Assembly: GCA_049724395.1 (NCBI GenBank)
Contig: JAUGWO010000133.1
Span: 62,001-108,597 of the forward strand
Length of the DNA stretch: 46,597 nt
DNA from: Spongospora subterranea f. sp. subterranea
Taxonomy: Eukaryota
Reading direction: 5' to 3'
Shown here: piece by piece, positions 37,172 to 46,597 of the stretch
Numbering within the stretch: position 1 is the stretch's first letter
How the letters are laid out: every line of letters begins with the position of its first letter
Position numbers and translations under genes: made by a program
Notes under the pieces: generated by a model
Told to the model about the DNA's origin: nothing
Seen by the model: the letters and a program-made list of their open reading frames with translations, nothing else
The model's database searches: none

Positions 37172-37990
37172 CATCAGGACTATTGGTCACCATAATTGGA
37201 ATTTACGTTGATGATTTACTGATAACCGGAAATGACAAAGTGAAGATCGCAGAATCGATCAGATTTTACATTCAACGTACCGAATGAAAGATCTCGGAGA
37301 AGTAAAAACGTTTTTAGGAATCGAGATCCTACACTAAGAAGCCAACTCAATCATAACCCAACATGCCTACATCCTACAACTCCTAAAACGCTTCAAACAA
37401 GTAAATTGCAAACCAGAACCCACTTCAGCGACAGGTTGCGAAATTACAGACGAAAACATCGTGCCGAACACCTACCCAATTAGAGAAACTTTAGGAGGAC
37501 TCATGTTCATTGCGAACGCGATCGACCAGATATAGTCTACATCGTTAACAAACTGAGCCGATCCGTGTCGAAACCAACAACACAACTCTGGAGAAACGTC
37601 CAACGGATATTTAAGTACCTGAAGGGAACGACAAATTATGGACTAATGTTCGGCAGGCCTGATGAGACAATCGCCTGTTATGCCGACAGCAGCTTCGCTG
37701 ATGACGTTAATGATCGCAAGTCCACAGCTGGATGGTTATTGATGTTCGGACAAGATATGGTGATCAACTAAGCAGAAATCTGTGGCGCTATCAACCACTG
37801 AATCAGAATATATGGCCTGTTGTGATGCGGCAAAGCAAGCTATTCAAATGAAGAACTTATATTAAGAAACGTTCGAATCGAAGAGGCGCGTCAGATAGAG
37901 ACGATCCTAACGTACTGTTGATCCTTATTCCTAACGTACGATTTTTCATAACTTCTAAATAAACTCTTCTGTCTTTCCTCCTAATCTATA
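37172..37990 (+). mobile_element. Copia RT-RNase H relic with putative purine tract and 3' LTR (~37890-37990), ending just upstream of tRNA-Arg
   Basis: IGIYVDDLLITG, MKDLGEVKTFLGIEI, RPDIVYIVNKLSR, IFKYLKGT, YADSSFA..DRKSTAG and KQKSVALSTTESEYMA; then GAAGAGGCGCG-TCAGATA, resembling AGGGAGCG-TATCAGA of the 23219 element. LTR limits are tentative. Confidence 0.88.
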
Positions 37991-38019
37991 CGCTACCGGC
38001 AAATAAAAACAGGAATATG

Positions 38020-38092
38020 GCTTGTGTGGCCCAATGGTCAAGGCGCGTGCCTACGGAGCACGAGATTCCGAGTTCGAATCTCGGCACAGGCT
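38020..38092 (+). tRNA. tRNA-Arg(ACG)
   Basis: GCTTGTGTGGCCCAATGGTCAAGGCGCGTGCCTACGGAGCACGAGATTCCGAGTTCGAATCTCGGCACAGGCT; cloverleaf; T8 terminator at 38097-38104. Confidence 0.95.
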
Positions 38093-38229
38093 TACCTTTT
38101 TTTTACCTCAGCGAGGCGGCGTCGAGCCAAAGCGACCAACGCTCGCGGGAACCGGGGAAACTCATTATGATTTTGACAGGTATTGCTGGAATGTCGGTAC
38201 AACTGGTAGGAGGTGTTGGATTTTTATCC

Positions 38230-38640
38230 ATGTTTGTTGTCCCTTTCGGCCGACCTGGTCTCTTCTTGCCAACCACTGAAGGGGTTTCGTAGTTACCGGG
38301 TCTCTTCTTGCTAATCACTGAAGGGGTTTCATTGTTCTCATGTCGTTGAGTGGTACCTTTCAATTCAACACAATTCACTGATGCATTGGAACCATGCAAG
38401 AATTAGTTAGTCATTATTGGGCGCTCGTCCGTCATTTAATGCATGGAGTTGTCTTCTGGTCGCTCTCAGCAATTTGATTACTTTTTGCTGAGAATGACAA
38501 CATTGCAACAGTACCATATCTAACAGTTCGACCAAGCAACTCAATAAGATTGCTATCATCTCTGACATTGTCGCCAAATTCTGAATCTAAATTCCGTTGC
38601 GATTCAAAAATGCGACATGCGACACTCTCTTTCAACCTAC
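38230..38640 (-). mobile_element. Possible MULE/FAR1-like 3' relic with AT-hook and 42-bp duplication
   Basis: KKRPGRPKG AT-hook, duplicated ETPSV..KKRPG and ACRIFESQ (degenerate SWIM-like). Confidence 0.3.
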
Positions 38641-39412
38641 ACGGTCTTGCTTTTGGAAAATTGGTCCTGATATTATTAAATAGTTAAGTTGATTTTGACC
38701 TGTTACCTTCATTGCTTCATAACAGGCATACAGCATGCTTCCATGATCAATTGCAGAAATTTGTCATCATTGTCATTGTCCCACAATGGCATGAGTGAGG
38801 TCAATCCGTTGAGCTGAGCAAATAAAGTGCACTCCAACCTTTCACTAGAGATTTTGAGTCGGCCTTTACTTCGGAAACAATCGGAACAATGCCATGTGAG
38901 TTAAAGATTTTGCTCGCCAGCAATGTCATATCAATAAGTTTCAGCACTTTACAGAAATATAAGCATTATTGTGGATTTCACTAAAAATGGACAGTCTGAG
39001 GAGTATATAAAACCCGGTCCGCAGTTTCCTTAAACATGGCTCACCACGGATTTTTTAATCAAGAACTACCATTAGAGCTGGTGGTTGGCCCGTTCCAGAA
39101 TCGAGACGTCTTTGGAGACGAATTTTAATCTTGTTTCATTAAAACACTCGTGGGAAATGTGTTATTTATTACATCACGAATGATAATAGCGCACAACACG
39201 TCATAATCAAGTCATAACATGCATTGAATACTATTCAATATCTGCAGCAGCAATGTTGTCGTCTAAATCTCCTTTGAAAACGGTATCTTTGCGGTTGTAG
39301 TTTTGGGATGGCCTCGGTCATTTGACAATGAATGACGTGGGAAGCATGAGTCAATCACAGTTGACGTTATCTGTTTATTCTACTCTGCATGTCATAAGTC
39401 ATTCATCGCCAA

Positions 39413-40273
39413 ATGGACGAGACCGTCCCCGACAATTTGACCGCATCCTTGACCGTTTTCAAGGGAGATGATACTATCAGCAGACGGCACCATCATGCTG
39501 CTGCAGAAACTGATAGTATTCAATGGACTCTGTCACTAGGATTTTGCGTTCTGCACGCCATCATTGTTCGCCACTTACGAATACATCTTCCCAGGTCGAG
39601 TGTTCCTGATGAAATCAAACTGAAAATCAAACCTGCTGTCCAAGCACCCCAAAGCAGGTTCATCGACCTTTCTGAAGACAATTTCGACGTGACTGTTCGA
39701 CGCGTATATGCACAATCAGTGATTCGTCAGCGATTGTCGCCCGAAAACGTCCTCATTCCACTGGTCGTTTTTATTTCCGAACAGGCGTCTGTAAGAAATT
39801 CGGGATCAACAAACCCTTCTGGTTTGCGAAGGGCGACCATAGGCAGGGTCCGTCTGGCAACAGAAGAAATCGTTGCTGCCATCCAGGCAAACCCTCCCAG
39901 TCTTCCTGATCGAGCCGTAATTGGCGAGATAGCGACGAATATTTGGTCGAGGACCAGGGCGCGAGCTGTCAATCCTGAACCAGTCGAGCAATTGCCGGCC
40001 AGCAACACATTCCGGCAGGCGATGCGATTGGACTACCTCAGAAGTTCACTTGAAAATCAGGATGCGGACGAATTCGCCCAAATCGTGTTGCGGGTCAATA
40101 GGACTGAACTTGTCACTGTGGAGGTGAATATCGCAAGCCTTCGATCCGCCCTGGGCTTGCCACCATATCCGTTGTTCGGAAACGATATATTTCATTCCGA
40201 CGAACCCGTTCCGGCAGTTGTCGGACAAGACCTTAACGACGTCGATCATGTCCTATCGGACGACGAAAATTAA
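39413..40273 (+). CDS. Intronless 286-aa hypothetical protein, probable passenger/accessory ORF of the adjacent transposon
   Basis: Uninterrupted ATG-TAA ORF in an otherwise decayed region; its stop overlaps the transposase stop; C-terminal VNIASLRSALGLPPY. Confidence 0.75.
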   Translation: MDETVPDNLTASLTVFKGDDTISRRHHHAAAETDSIQWTLSLGFCVLHAIIVRHLRIHLPRSSVPDEIKLKIKPAVQAPQSRFIDLSEDNFDVTVRRVYAQSVIRQRLSPENVLIPLVVFISEQASVRNSGSTNPSGLRRATIGRVRLATEEIVAAIQANPPSLPDRAVIGEIATNIWSRTRARAVNPEPVEQLPASNTFRQAMRLDYLRSSLENQDADEFAQIVLRVNRTELVTVEVNIASLRSALGLPPYPLFGNDIFHSDEPVPAVVGQDLNDVDHVLSDDEN

Positions 40274-41274
40274 AGATAGACCCCAAACATTTCTTTATTT
40301 AGCTCAGTGTGACCGTACCCACAGGAATTGTAAAAATTATGACCAATATGTCTTAGATTCTTCATACACATTGGCATAGCCACTTTTAGAACAGCCTCAG
40401 GGCAAACCCTGAACGTCAGATCAGCATGTTTCTTGAGCCACTGCTTTAAAAGTGCAAAACCTTGCTCGATAGGGTTCAACTGTGGCGAATAAGGAGGCAG
40501 GAACATGAGTTTCGCGCCTGATCTGTGTATGACCTGTTCCAATTCCCGATACATATGGATCTGTGCATTATCTAAGATAACAATGCTCCTTGGAAGTGGC
40601 CACGGATTCAACTTCGGAGCGACGATTTCCAGGAAAGCATCATGGAACTTCTGGCGATTGAACGTCCCTTCGGTGCATTTCCAAGAGAAAAATCCCTTTG
40701 CATCAAACGCGGCGAAAACAGAGACTCTGTTCCCTCGTTGAAACGGTTGGCGTACTAGAGCTGGCGTATTGATCCTAGACCATCCATGACGACGCAAACA
40801 GTCGCGACCGTCTTTGCTCGTTTCGTCCAGGAAAACTAGTTGCTCAGGATATGAATAGATTCGCGAAAGCTTCTGATAAAATTCTCTGAGCTGTTCAGGA
40901 ACGCTCTCGCGAGCGCGCTTTTCCAGGACTTTTCTGGACACTTTAAGATCATGACGAAGGGCCCGGCAAATTGTCGCAGACGATATATTCGTCAGTTCGG
41001 GAAATCTGAGAGCCAGCTCCTCTTGGAGTTCTTCAATATAGAAACAGGGACTGTTTACGATGAAGGTGTGCACATAGTCGTAAACCTCGGTGGGCCATCT
41101 GGCAGACCTTTGTCGAACAGCGTCATTAACGACATTACCAGTCCTTTCAAACAGGGCAATCCAACGTTTGATGCTAGTTTTCCCAACACCAAGAAGAACG
41201 GAGACGTTCTCTATTGATGTAGAATAAACGTAATGCAGAACAATGCATCGCCAACGTAGATCTCGACTCCACAT
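40270..41274 (-). CDS. Intact IS630/Tc1-superfamily DD34E transposase
   Basis: N-terminal HTH (SRDLRWR..VSVLLGVGKTSIKRW), ISSATICRAL, VFLDETSKD, IVILDNAQIH and FLPPYSPQLNPIEQGF; 34 residues between the second Asp and the Glu. Confidence 0.93.
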   Translation of the reverse strand: MWSRDLRWRCIVLHYVYSTSIENVSVLLGVGKTSIKRWIALFERTGNVVNDAVRQRSARWPTEVYDYVHTFIVNSPCFYIEELQEELALRFPELTNISSATICRALRHDLKVSRKVLEKRARESVPEQLREFYQKLSRIYSYPEQLVFLDETSKDGRDCLRRHGWSRINTPALVRQPFQRGNRVSVFAAFDAKGFFSWKCTEGTFNRQKFHDAFLEIVAPKLNPWPLPRSIVILDNAQIHMYRELEQVIHRSGAKLMFLPPYSPQLNPIEQGFALLKQWLKKHADLTFRVCPEAVLKVAMPMCMKNLRHIGHNFYNSCGYGHTELNKEMFGVYL

Positions 41275-42949
41275 CCGTAATACCAATCTGATCAACCGCC
41301 CCGCAGTATTTCTACCGGGTAGGACCAAAGGATTAGTGCAGGTTTTGGGCTAGTTGAACTAGTCCAATCAGAGGGGAAATAGTAAAACATTGCAGGCCTG
41401 CACGTAATAGGCCGCTCTTTATTCAGAGAAGCAATGTTTTAACCAATTTTGGCAGTCAAACTGTCAAACTAAAAACCACCTGGGGTCAAACTAAAACCTT
41501 GCTCGGAGTTTGGTGACCCCCTTCGGACTTTTTTAAAACCACGCTCATTTAGCACTGGGAGCCCAAAATATATGAAACCCACAATAATGAAGCCTAAGGT
41601 GTGCCCATTGGAATAATTCATGACTGCCCCACACAAACGTTTGAATCTTGTCACCTTGTCCGGTAAAAACAACGATGGTTCAGCGGACTGAATTCTTGTT
41701 GAGGCATAGCTTAAAATCGCATTTCGTGCCCGATAATGGTCTCAAGTGAGTCCCTGCAACCAAGAAAAAGCCACTGGAACCCATCGCGAAGGCAAACCGC
41801 AATACACTGCGATTGGAATAAGATAGCCTCGATTAAAACATCGGAAACAGCGCCTTGGCCATCACGACCTGTAAATGAATCCACATCGACGAATCTAACC
41901 ATTATGTTGCAAGCTGAGAATCAGCAATTATCTTGAAAGATAAATTCAACTGTACCTTTCCAACATAAAACTCGAAGCAACAGTTACGTGCATTCCAGTG
42001 ATATGCTGGATATGACGGCAGTTTTGCCAAAAGTCAGATGGAACTCCAGGATGATCGCTGAATGAGTCACCAAACCCTAGATTATTTATATTTAAGCACA
42101 CTTGCAGACCAATCAAGGTACCGAGGTTAGTCTAACACCAAGGTCTTGCAATACCTGACGTCGGAGATACGCTACTCTTGAGAGGTTCCCGTAAAATCCA
42201 ATGATTGGCCTGCAGGTGACAAGCGTGACAGCTTTCGCCCTGGGACTAATACAGATTTTGTTATTAGTGAGCATCTTTTTTCAGTACAAGTTAGGCTTCA
42301 ACACATGTGGCACGACATCCAATGAATTCTATTTTACTCTGATGCTTTGCTGAATGTAGCTTCAGATCTAGTCAACCAAATTGCTGCAAATGATCAGGGA
42401 TACGAGGTCGAAGGAGTTGTCGACGCAGCTGAACATGACGAAGAAACTTGGGAGGCCTTGACACGTGGGAGCCTGTCTAGAATTTACTCCATGAGTGTCC
42501 AGTACACTTCCACAGTTTATTGAAGCGGTAAAAGATTCCTTCAGTGATGAATCTTGCTCTCGTTTTGAACGACGGGAATGTAGTGCCGCAGCGCTAGCTC
42601 GGATTGTAGATGGCAAGACTGAGGCATCCCTGCTAATAAAGTACCTTGGCCGAAAAACACTACAGGCATGCAATAAGTGACAAATATTTCGGAATGTGAA
42701 ATTGTCTTCGAAACGGTATTGGACTCCTTGTTTCAACCCAACTGTCGCATACGTTTTCTCGTTCTCCTTGTTAGTGTTGGGCTGGTTCGGTGTTATTTGG
42801 AAGGCGTTTATTAGCCAATAGAGCGTACATGTAATTTAAGAAACTTTTGTCAACTGTCATAGTTAAATAATCACAGGCTACGGTAGTATTGCGTGGTTTC
42901 AGTAATTTTACCTTTGGCGCAGTTCTTCTGAAATGTTTCAAGGGAACAT

Positions 42950-43594
42950 CCATCGATATTATTTTAGGCGAGCTTGAAAAGCCAGATTCTGGGCAAATCA
43001 CGGTCAATCTTTCTTCGAGGGCGGCTGCTTCGAACGATGGAGAATCAGAATGTGTGCAAGACCCGGCAGGCAGCGAGGCGAAACGTCGTCGGTGTGGGGA
43101 GATGAATACGGTGGGCAATTCGCAAATCAAAATGTGTAGGAGTAACAGACACTGACAATATTTATTCGGTTGCAGTTCATTTGTGTTGACTGGCTTTTCC
43201 ATTTCCAGTGCAAACCTTCTCACGGAATGTAGAATGCGCGATGATCGGATATCTGATCAAAAAATCACTCTGCGAGGATGCAAAATCATTGCTTAGACAA
43301 TTGATAATCGGCGTCACCACATTCAAGAAGAAGGTCTTGGCTTTAGAGGTGAGGTCACGCTGGTCGGCGACTGTTTGGTAAATCTTGACAACCTGTTCGA
43401 GTTTCTCGTGGGGCGCCAAGTTCTCAAACTGGTGGCGAACCGGAAGGTCGTCATCCCCACACCGACGACGTTTCGCCTCGCCGCCTGCCGGATCTTGTTC
43501 ACATCCTGATTCTTCCTCGTTCGAATCAGCCGCCGTTGAAGAAAGATTGATTTGCCCCGAATCTGGCTTTTCGAGCGCCGCTAAATATCGATGG
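42950..43594. repeat. Inverted duplication of a Crypton ORF segment (42950-43105 vs 43451-43594)
   Basis: LEKPDSGQI..QDPAGxEAKRRRCG is encoded on both strands. Confidence 0.88.
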
Positions 43595-44376
43595 AGCATT
43601 GTCCCGATATTTGCTTTTTGTTCAAGGTTGGTCAGGCTGTCGATACATTCGAAAAGCTGTTCTCGGGTAGAGAGCGTTGTCCGGTACTCAATTGTAGTCC
43701 GAACAATGTCGGATATCGACAATACCTCAGATAACGAGGCAGTGACACCGCAAACAGTCATCATGAAGTGTGTGGCCAAACGATCCAACCGCATGACACG
43801 ACTAGAGTTGGAGGCATTGATAGATCGTCTCATCTGAACATCGCGGCAGTAGATGGGGCGCCATTTCGACACGACCTGTTTGACGTTCCGTTGATTCCGC
43901 TTTGCAACACTTAACAGAAACTTGGCATCTTGCCGATACTTCATTGCACTGTTTGACGATTTGTGTCGTGCGCTAAGCATCGTATCATTTTCCTCACCTC
44001 CTCCCCAGATCGCCAACAAATACGCCGTCTTACGATTTCAATGGCTCCCAAAGGGACCGTCGCGTTTGAACAGCTTCAGACAGACTGATTTGAATCGCTA
44101 TGGCGCTCTCATGTGTTGAGTTAGATTCTCTTTCGAGCAAAATAAATATCCTTCGGCAATGCCGGTCAGATGAACGAGACACAGCAAGTATCGTATTGGA
44201 CACAACTCGGGGACGTCGTTATCGCCATAGCATGAGAGTTACCAAGACGTGATGGCTTCCCATGGAGACAGTGGTGTATCGCCCTTTGGCACATAATCAG
44301 GCCGGTCAATCTTGGTCTGCTTCACAGCATTTGTCAGCAACTCTGACTCCTTGGGATTACCCTTTCGCCACAGCAA
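43177..44376 (-). mobile_element. Crypton-like tyrosine recombinase relic (internally deleted) with C-terminal Cys/His module
   Basis: VPELCPIRYLL..EGYLF, GSH*NRKTAYLLAIWGG (HxxR box), SARHKSSNSAMKY (His..catalytic Tyr) and C-terminal PIINCLSNDF..DFLIRYP..HSTF..VCTG. Confidence 0.8.
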
Positions 44377-44940
44377 GGGAGTGCCACGATGAAAGACACA
44401 TCCTGCCAACTGGCCCTTTTGGTCTTCAGCAATGCAGCGATCACATGCCTCGAGATGCTGGCCACGTTGCTGTCGAGGAGAGTGAATGCCGCTGACCGCC
44501 GACAGTAGCTGTGCAACGATCGCGGGATCGTTCCAGCCACCTGATCATTCACTTCGTGCTGATACATTAGCACAGATACTTCCCAATGACAATTTTTTTT
44601 TAATCCGCTTCATTATGCGACTGACTTTTCTCAGGTGAACGTCAAATTCAACCGCAATCTTCGTTCCACAACATTACGGTAATTGACTTGAGAGTTGTTC
44701 TACAGTAGTTTGGCAATGGTGTCAATGAAGAAATCTCTGTTCCTCAATGCGTTACTACTGTCACTACAGTTGTGTGTTTCCATTCGTGTTATTTAACTTA
44801 CCACTACCGGGTGCAGCCATGCATTCGAGTTCAGTGCAATCTCCAGATCAGATTTCAGTATCATAAAGTTGTGGAATTAATTTTCACCCAAATCTATATA
44901 GTGCGCGAATTGTGGTTATTCGTTTATTTGCTACGAATTA

Positions 44941-46597
44941 TTATTTATAACTTGACCCCGAGGCAGGTGCTGGTCCTGCTTTAGGAGACAGCGCGTAGTT
45001 GGGTCCTGGTGCAGGAGCAGACTTTGGCGCCGGGGCAGGTGGAGATTTTACCAGCCGGAGCGTAATTTCCTGCTGCAGGAATGGGCATTGGTGCCGGAGC
45101 GTAATTTCCTTTTTCAGGAATAGACTTCGGCGCTGGTGCAGGAGGAGATTTACCAGCCGGAGCGTAATTTCCTGCTGCAGGAATGGGCATTGGTGCCGGA
45201 GCGTAATTTCCTTTTTCAGGAATAGACTTCGGCGCCGGTGCAGGAGGAGATTTACCAGCCGGAGCGTAATTTCCTGCTGCAGGAATGGGCATTGGTGCCG
45301 GAGCGTAATTTCCTTTTTCAGGAATAGACTTCGGCGCCGGTGCAGGAGGAGATTTACCAGCCGGAGCGTAATTTCCTTTTTCAGGAGTCGACTTTGGCGC
45401 TGGTGCAGGAGTGGCCTTTGGAGCCGGAGCCGGGGTCTCTTTTGGAGGAGTTTTGGTAGATTTTTGTGGCGGTGCAGCGGTCGTTGGTGTTGCCTTCGGC
45501 GCAGCAGTTGTTGTCGGCTTCGGTGTTGCTTTCGGAGCATCAGGTTTCTCCTTTGGCGCAGTGCTGGGCCTTGCACAAATTTCAATGCAGCGATCGAGAC
45601 CCTGCTGTGCCTCTTTAAACTCTGGTGTCTGGTGTTGGCCGGCCGCCTTCATGTCATTACAGGCCTTTTCTAGTTTTGGCATTTTACCACGACATTCGGA
45701 TTCCGTTTCCTTTCCAGTAACTTTTGGACGTCAGGTTTCGGAGCAACAGGGGTTGGCTTGGGAGCAACCGTTGTAGGGAGTCGACGTCGGGGTGGGAGCG
45801 GTGGTCGGTTTTCGAATAGTCAGATGGGGGTTTCGATGGAGCAGTAGTTGGCTTCGGTGTCTTCATAGTAGTTGGCTTTGGAGTTTCCGTAGTAGTTGGC
45901 TTTGGAGTTTCCATAGTAGTTGGCTTTGGAGTTTCCATAGTCGTTGGCTTTGGTGTCTCCTGAGTCGGCTTCGGTGTTTTTTCATAAGGCTTTGGTGTCT
46001 CAATAGTCGTTGGCTTTGGTGTCTCCATAGTCGTTGGCTTTGGTGTCTCCTGACTCGGCTTCGGTGTCTTTCCATAAGGCTTTGGTGTCTCCATAGTCGT
46101 TGGCTTTGGTGTCTCCTGAGTCGGCTTTGGTGCTTTCCATAAGGCTTTGGTGTCTCCATAGTCGTTGGCTTTGGTGTCTCCATAGTCGTTGGCTTCGGTG
46201 TCTCCTGAGTCGGCTTCGGTGTCTCCTGAGTCGCTTCGGTGTCTCCTGAGTCGGCTTCGGTGTCTGGTCCATAAGGCTTTGGTGTCTCCATAGTTGGTCT
46301 TTTCTGAGTCGTTGGCTTTGGTGTCTCCTGAGTCGGCTTCGGTGTCTTTCCATACGGCTTTGGTGTCTCCATAGTCGTTGGCTTTGGTGTCTCCTGAGTC
46401 GGCTTCGGTGTCTTTCCATAAGGCTTTGGTGTCTCCATAGTCGTTGGCTTTGGTGTCTCCTGAGTCGGCTTCGGTGTCTTTCCATAGCTAGTCCTGAGTC
46501 GGCTTCGGTGTCTTTCCATAAGGCTTTGGTGTCTCCATAGTAGTTGGCTTTGGAGTTTCCATAGTCGTTGGCTTTGGTGTTTCCTGAGTCGCTCGGT
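44941..46597 (-). CDS. Pro/Thr/Lys-rich tandem-repeat (mucin/extensin-like) protein, 5' end beyond the window; several 1-nt indels
   Basis: [22 protein letters not shown] repeats, a 4-Cys helical domain ([20 protein letters not shown]), three 102-bp [34 protein letters not shown] repeats, and a stop at 44941. Confidence 0.8.

Noticed and set aside
39413..40273. Fanzor/TnpB nuclease as the transposase partner
   Set aside because: No RuvC motifs (xGxDxG, central Glu, RDxNA) or CxxC zinc finger are visible, and the ORF is short.
38950..41700. Terminal inverted repeats for the DD34E element
   Set aside because: No convincing inverted match between the flanks by eye, so element ends are not called.
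44999..46485. Long Arg/Trp/Cys-rich alternative-frame and antisense ORFs
   Set aside because: Shadows of the tandem-repeat Pro/Thr/Lys gene.

Overview
Eukaryotic nuclear DNA: it has spliceosomal introns, Pol III tRNA genes with oligo-T terminators and eukaryotic transposon families. A protist such as a phytomyxid/rhizarian or stramenopile is a guess only. The left ~18.6 kb holds intact multi-exon genes: a myristoylated AGC/STK32-like kinase with an HHD catalytic loop, a gamma-tubulin complex component 6-like gene and a 7TM-RGS gene. The rest is mostly transposon remnants and accessory genes: copia, gypsy, DD39D-type mariner plus a Stowaway-like MITE, a piggyBac-like relic, two Crypton-like tyrosine recombinase relics, an intact DD34E Tc1/IS630 transposase tail-to-tail with an unknown ORF, Cys/His-repeat genes and a Pro/Thr/Lys-rich repeat protein. 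There are five tRNA genes (Ile-UAU, three identical Phe-GAA, Arg-ACG). The most striking signal is that four of the five have Ty1/copia remnants in their immediate 5' flank. The best-preserved element starts 11 bp upstream of a tRNA-Phe. It has ~110-120 bp LTRs lacking TG...CA ends, and its PBS is complementary to the anticodon arm of tRNA-Lys(CUU), which suggests a tRNA-gene-targeting copia lineage primed by a half-tRNA-Lys. Some frameshifts in repeat genes may be sequencing indels. All family calls are motif recognition by eye, not database hits.
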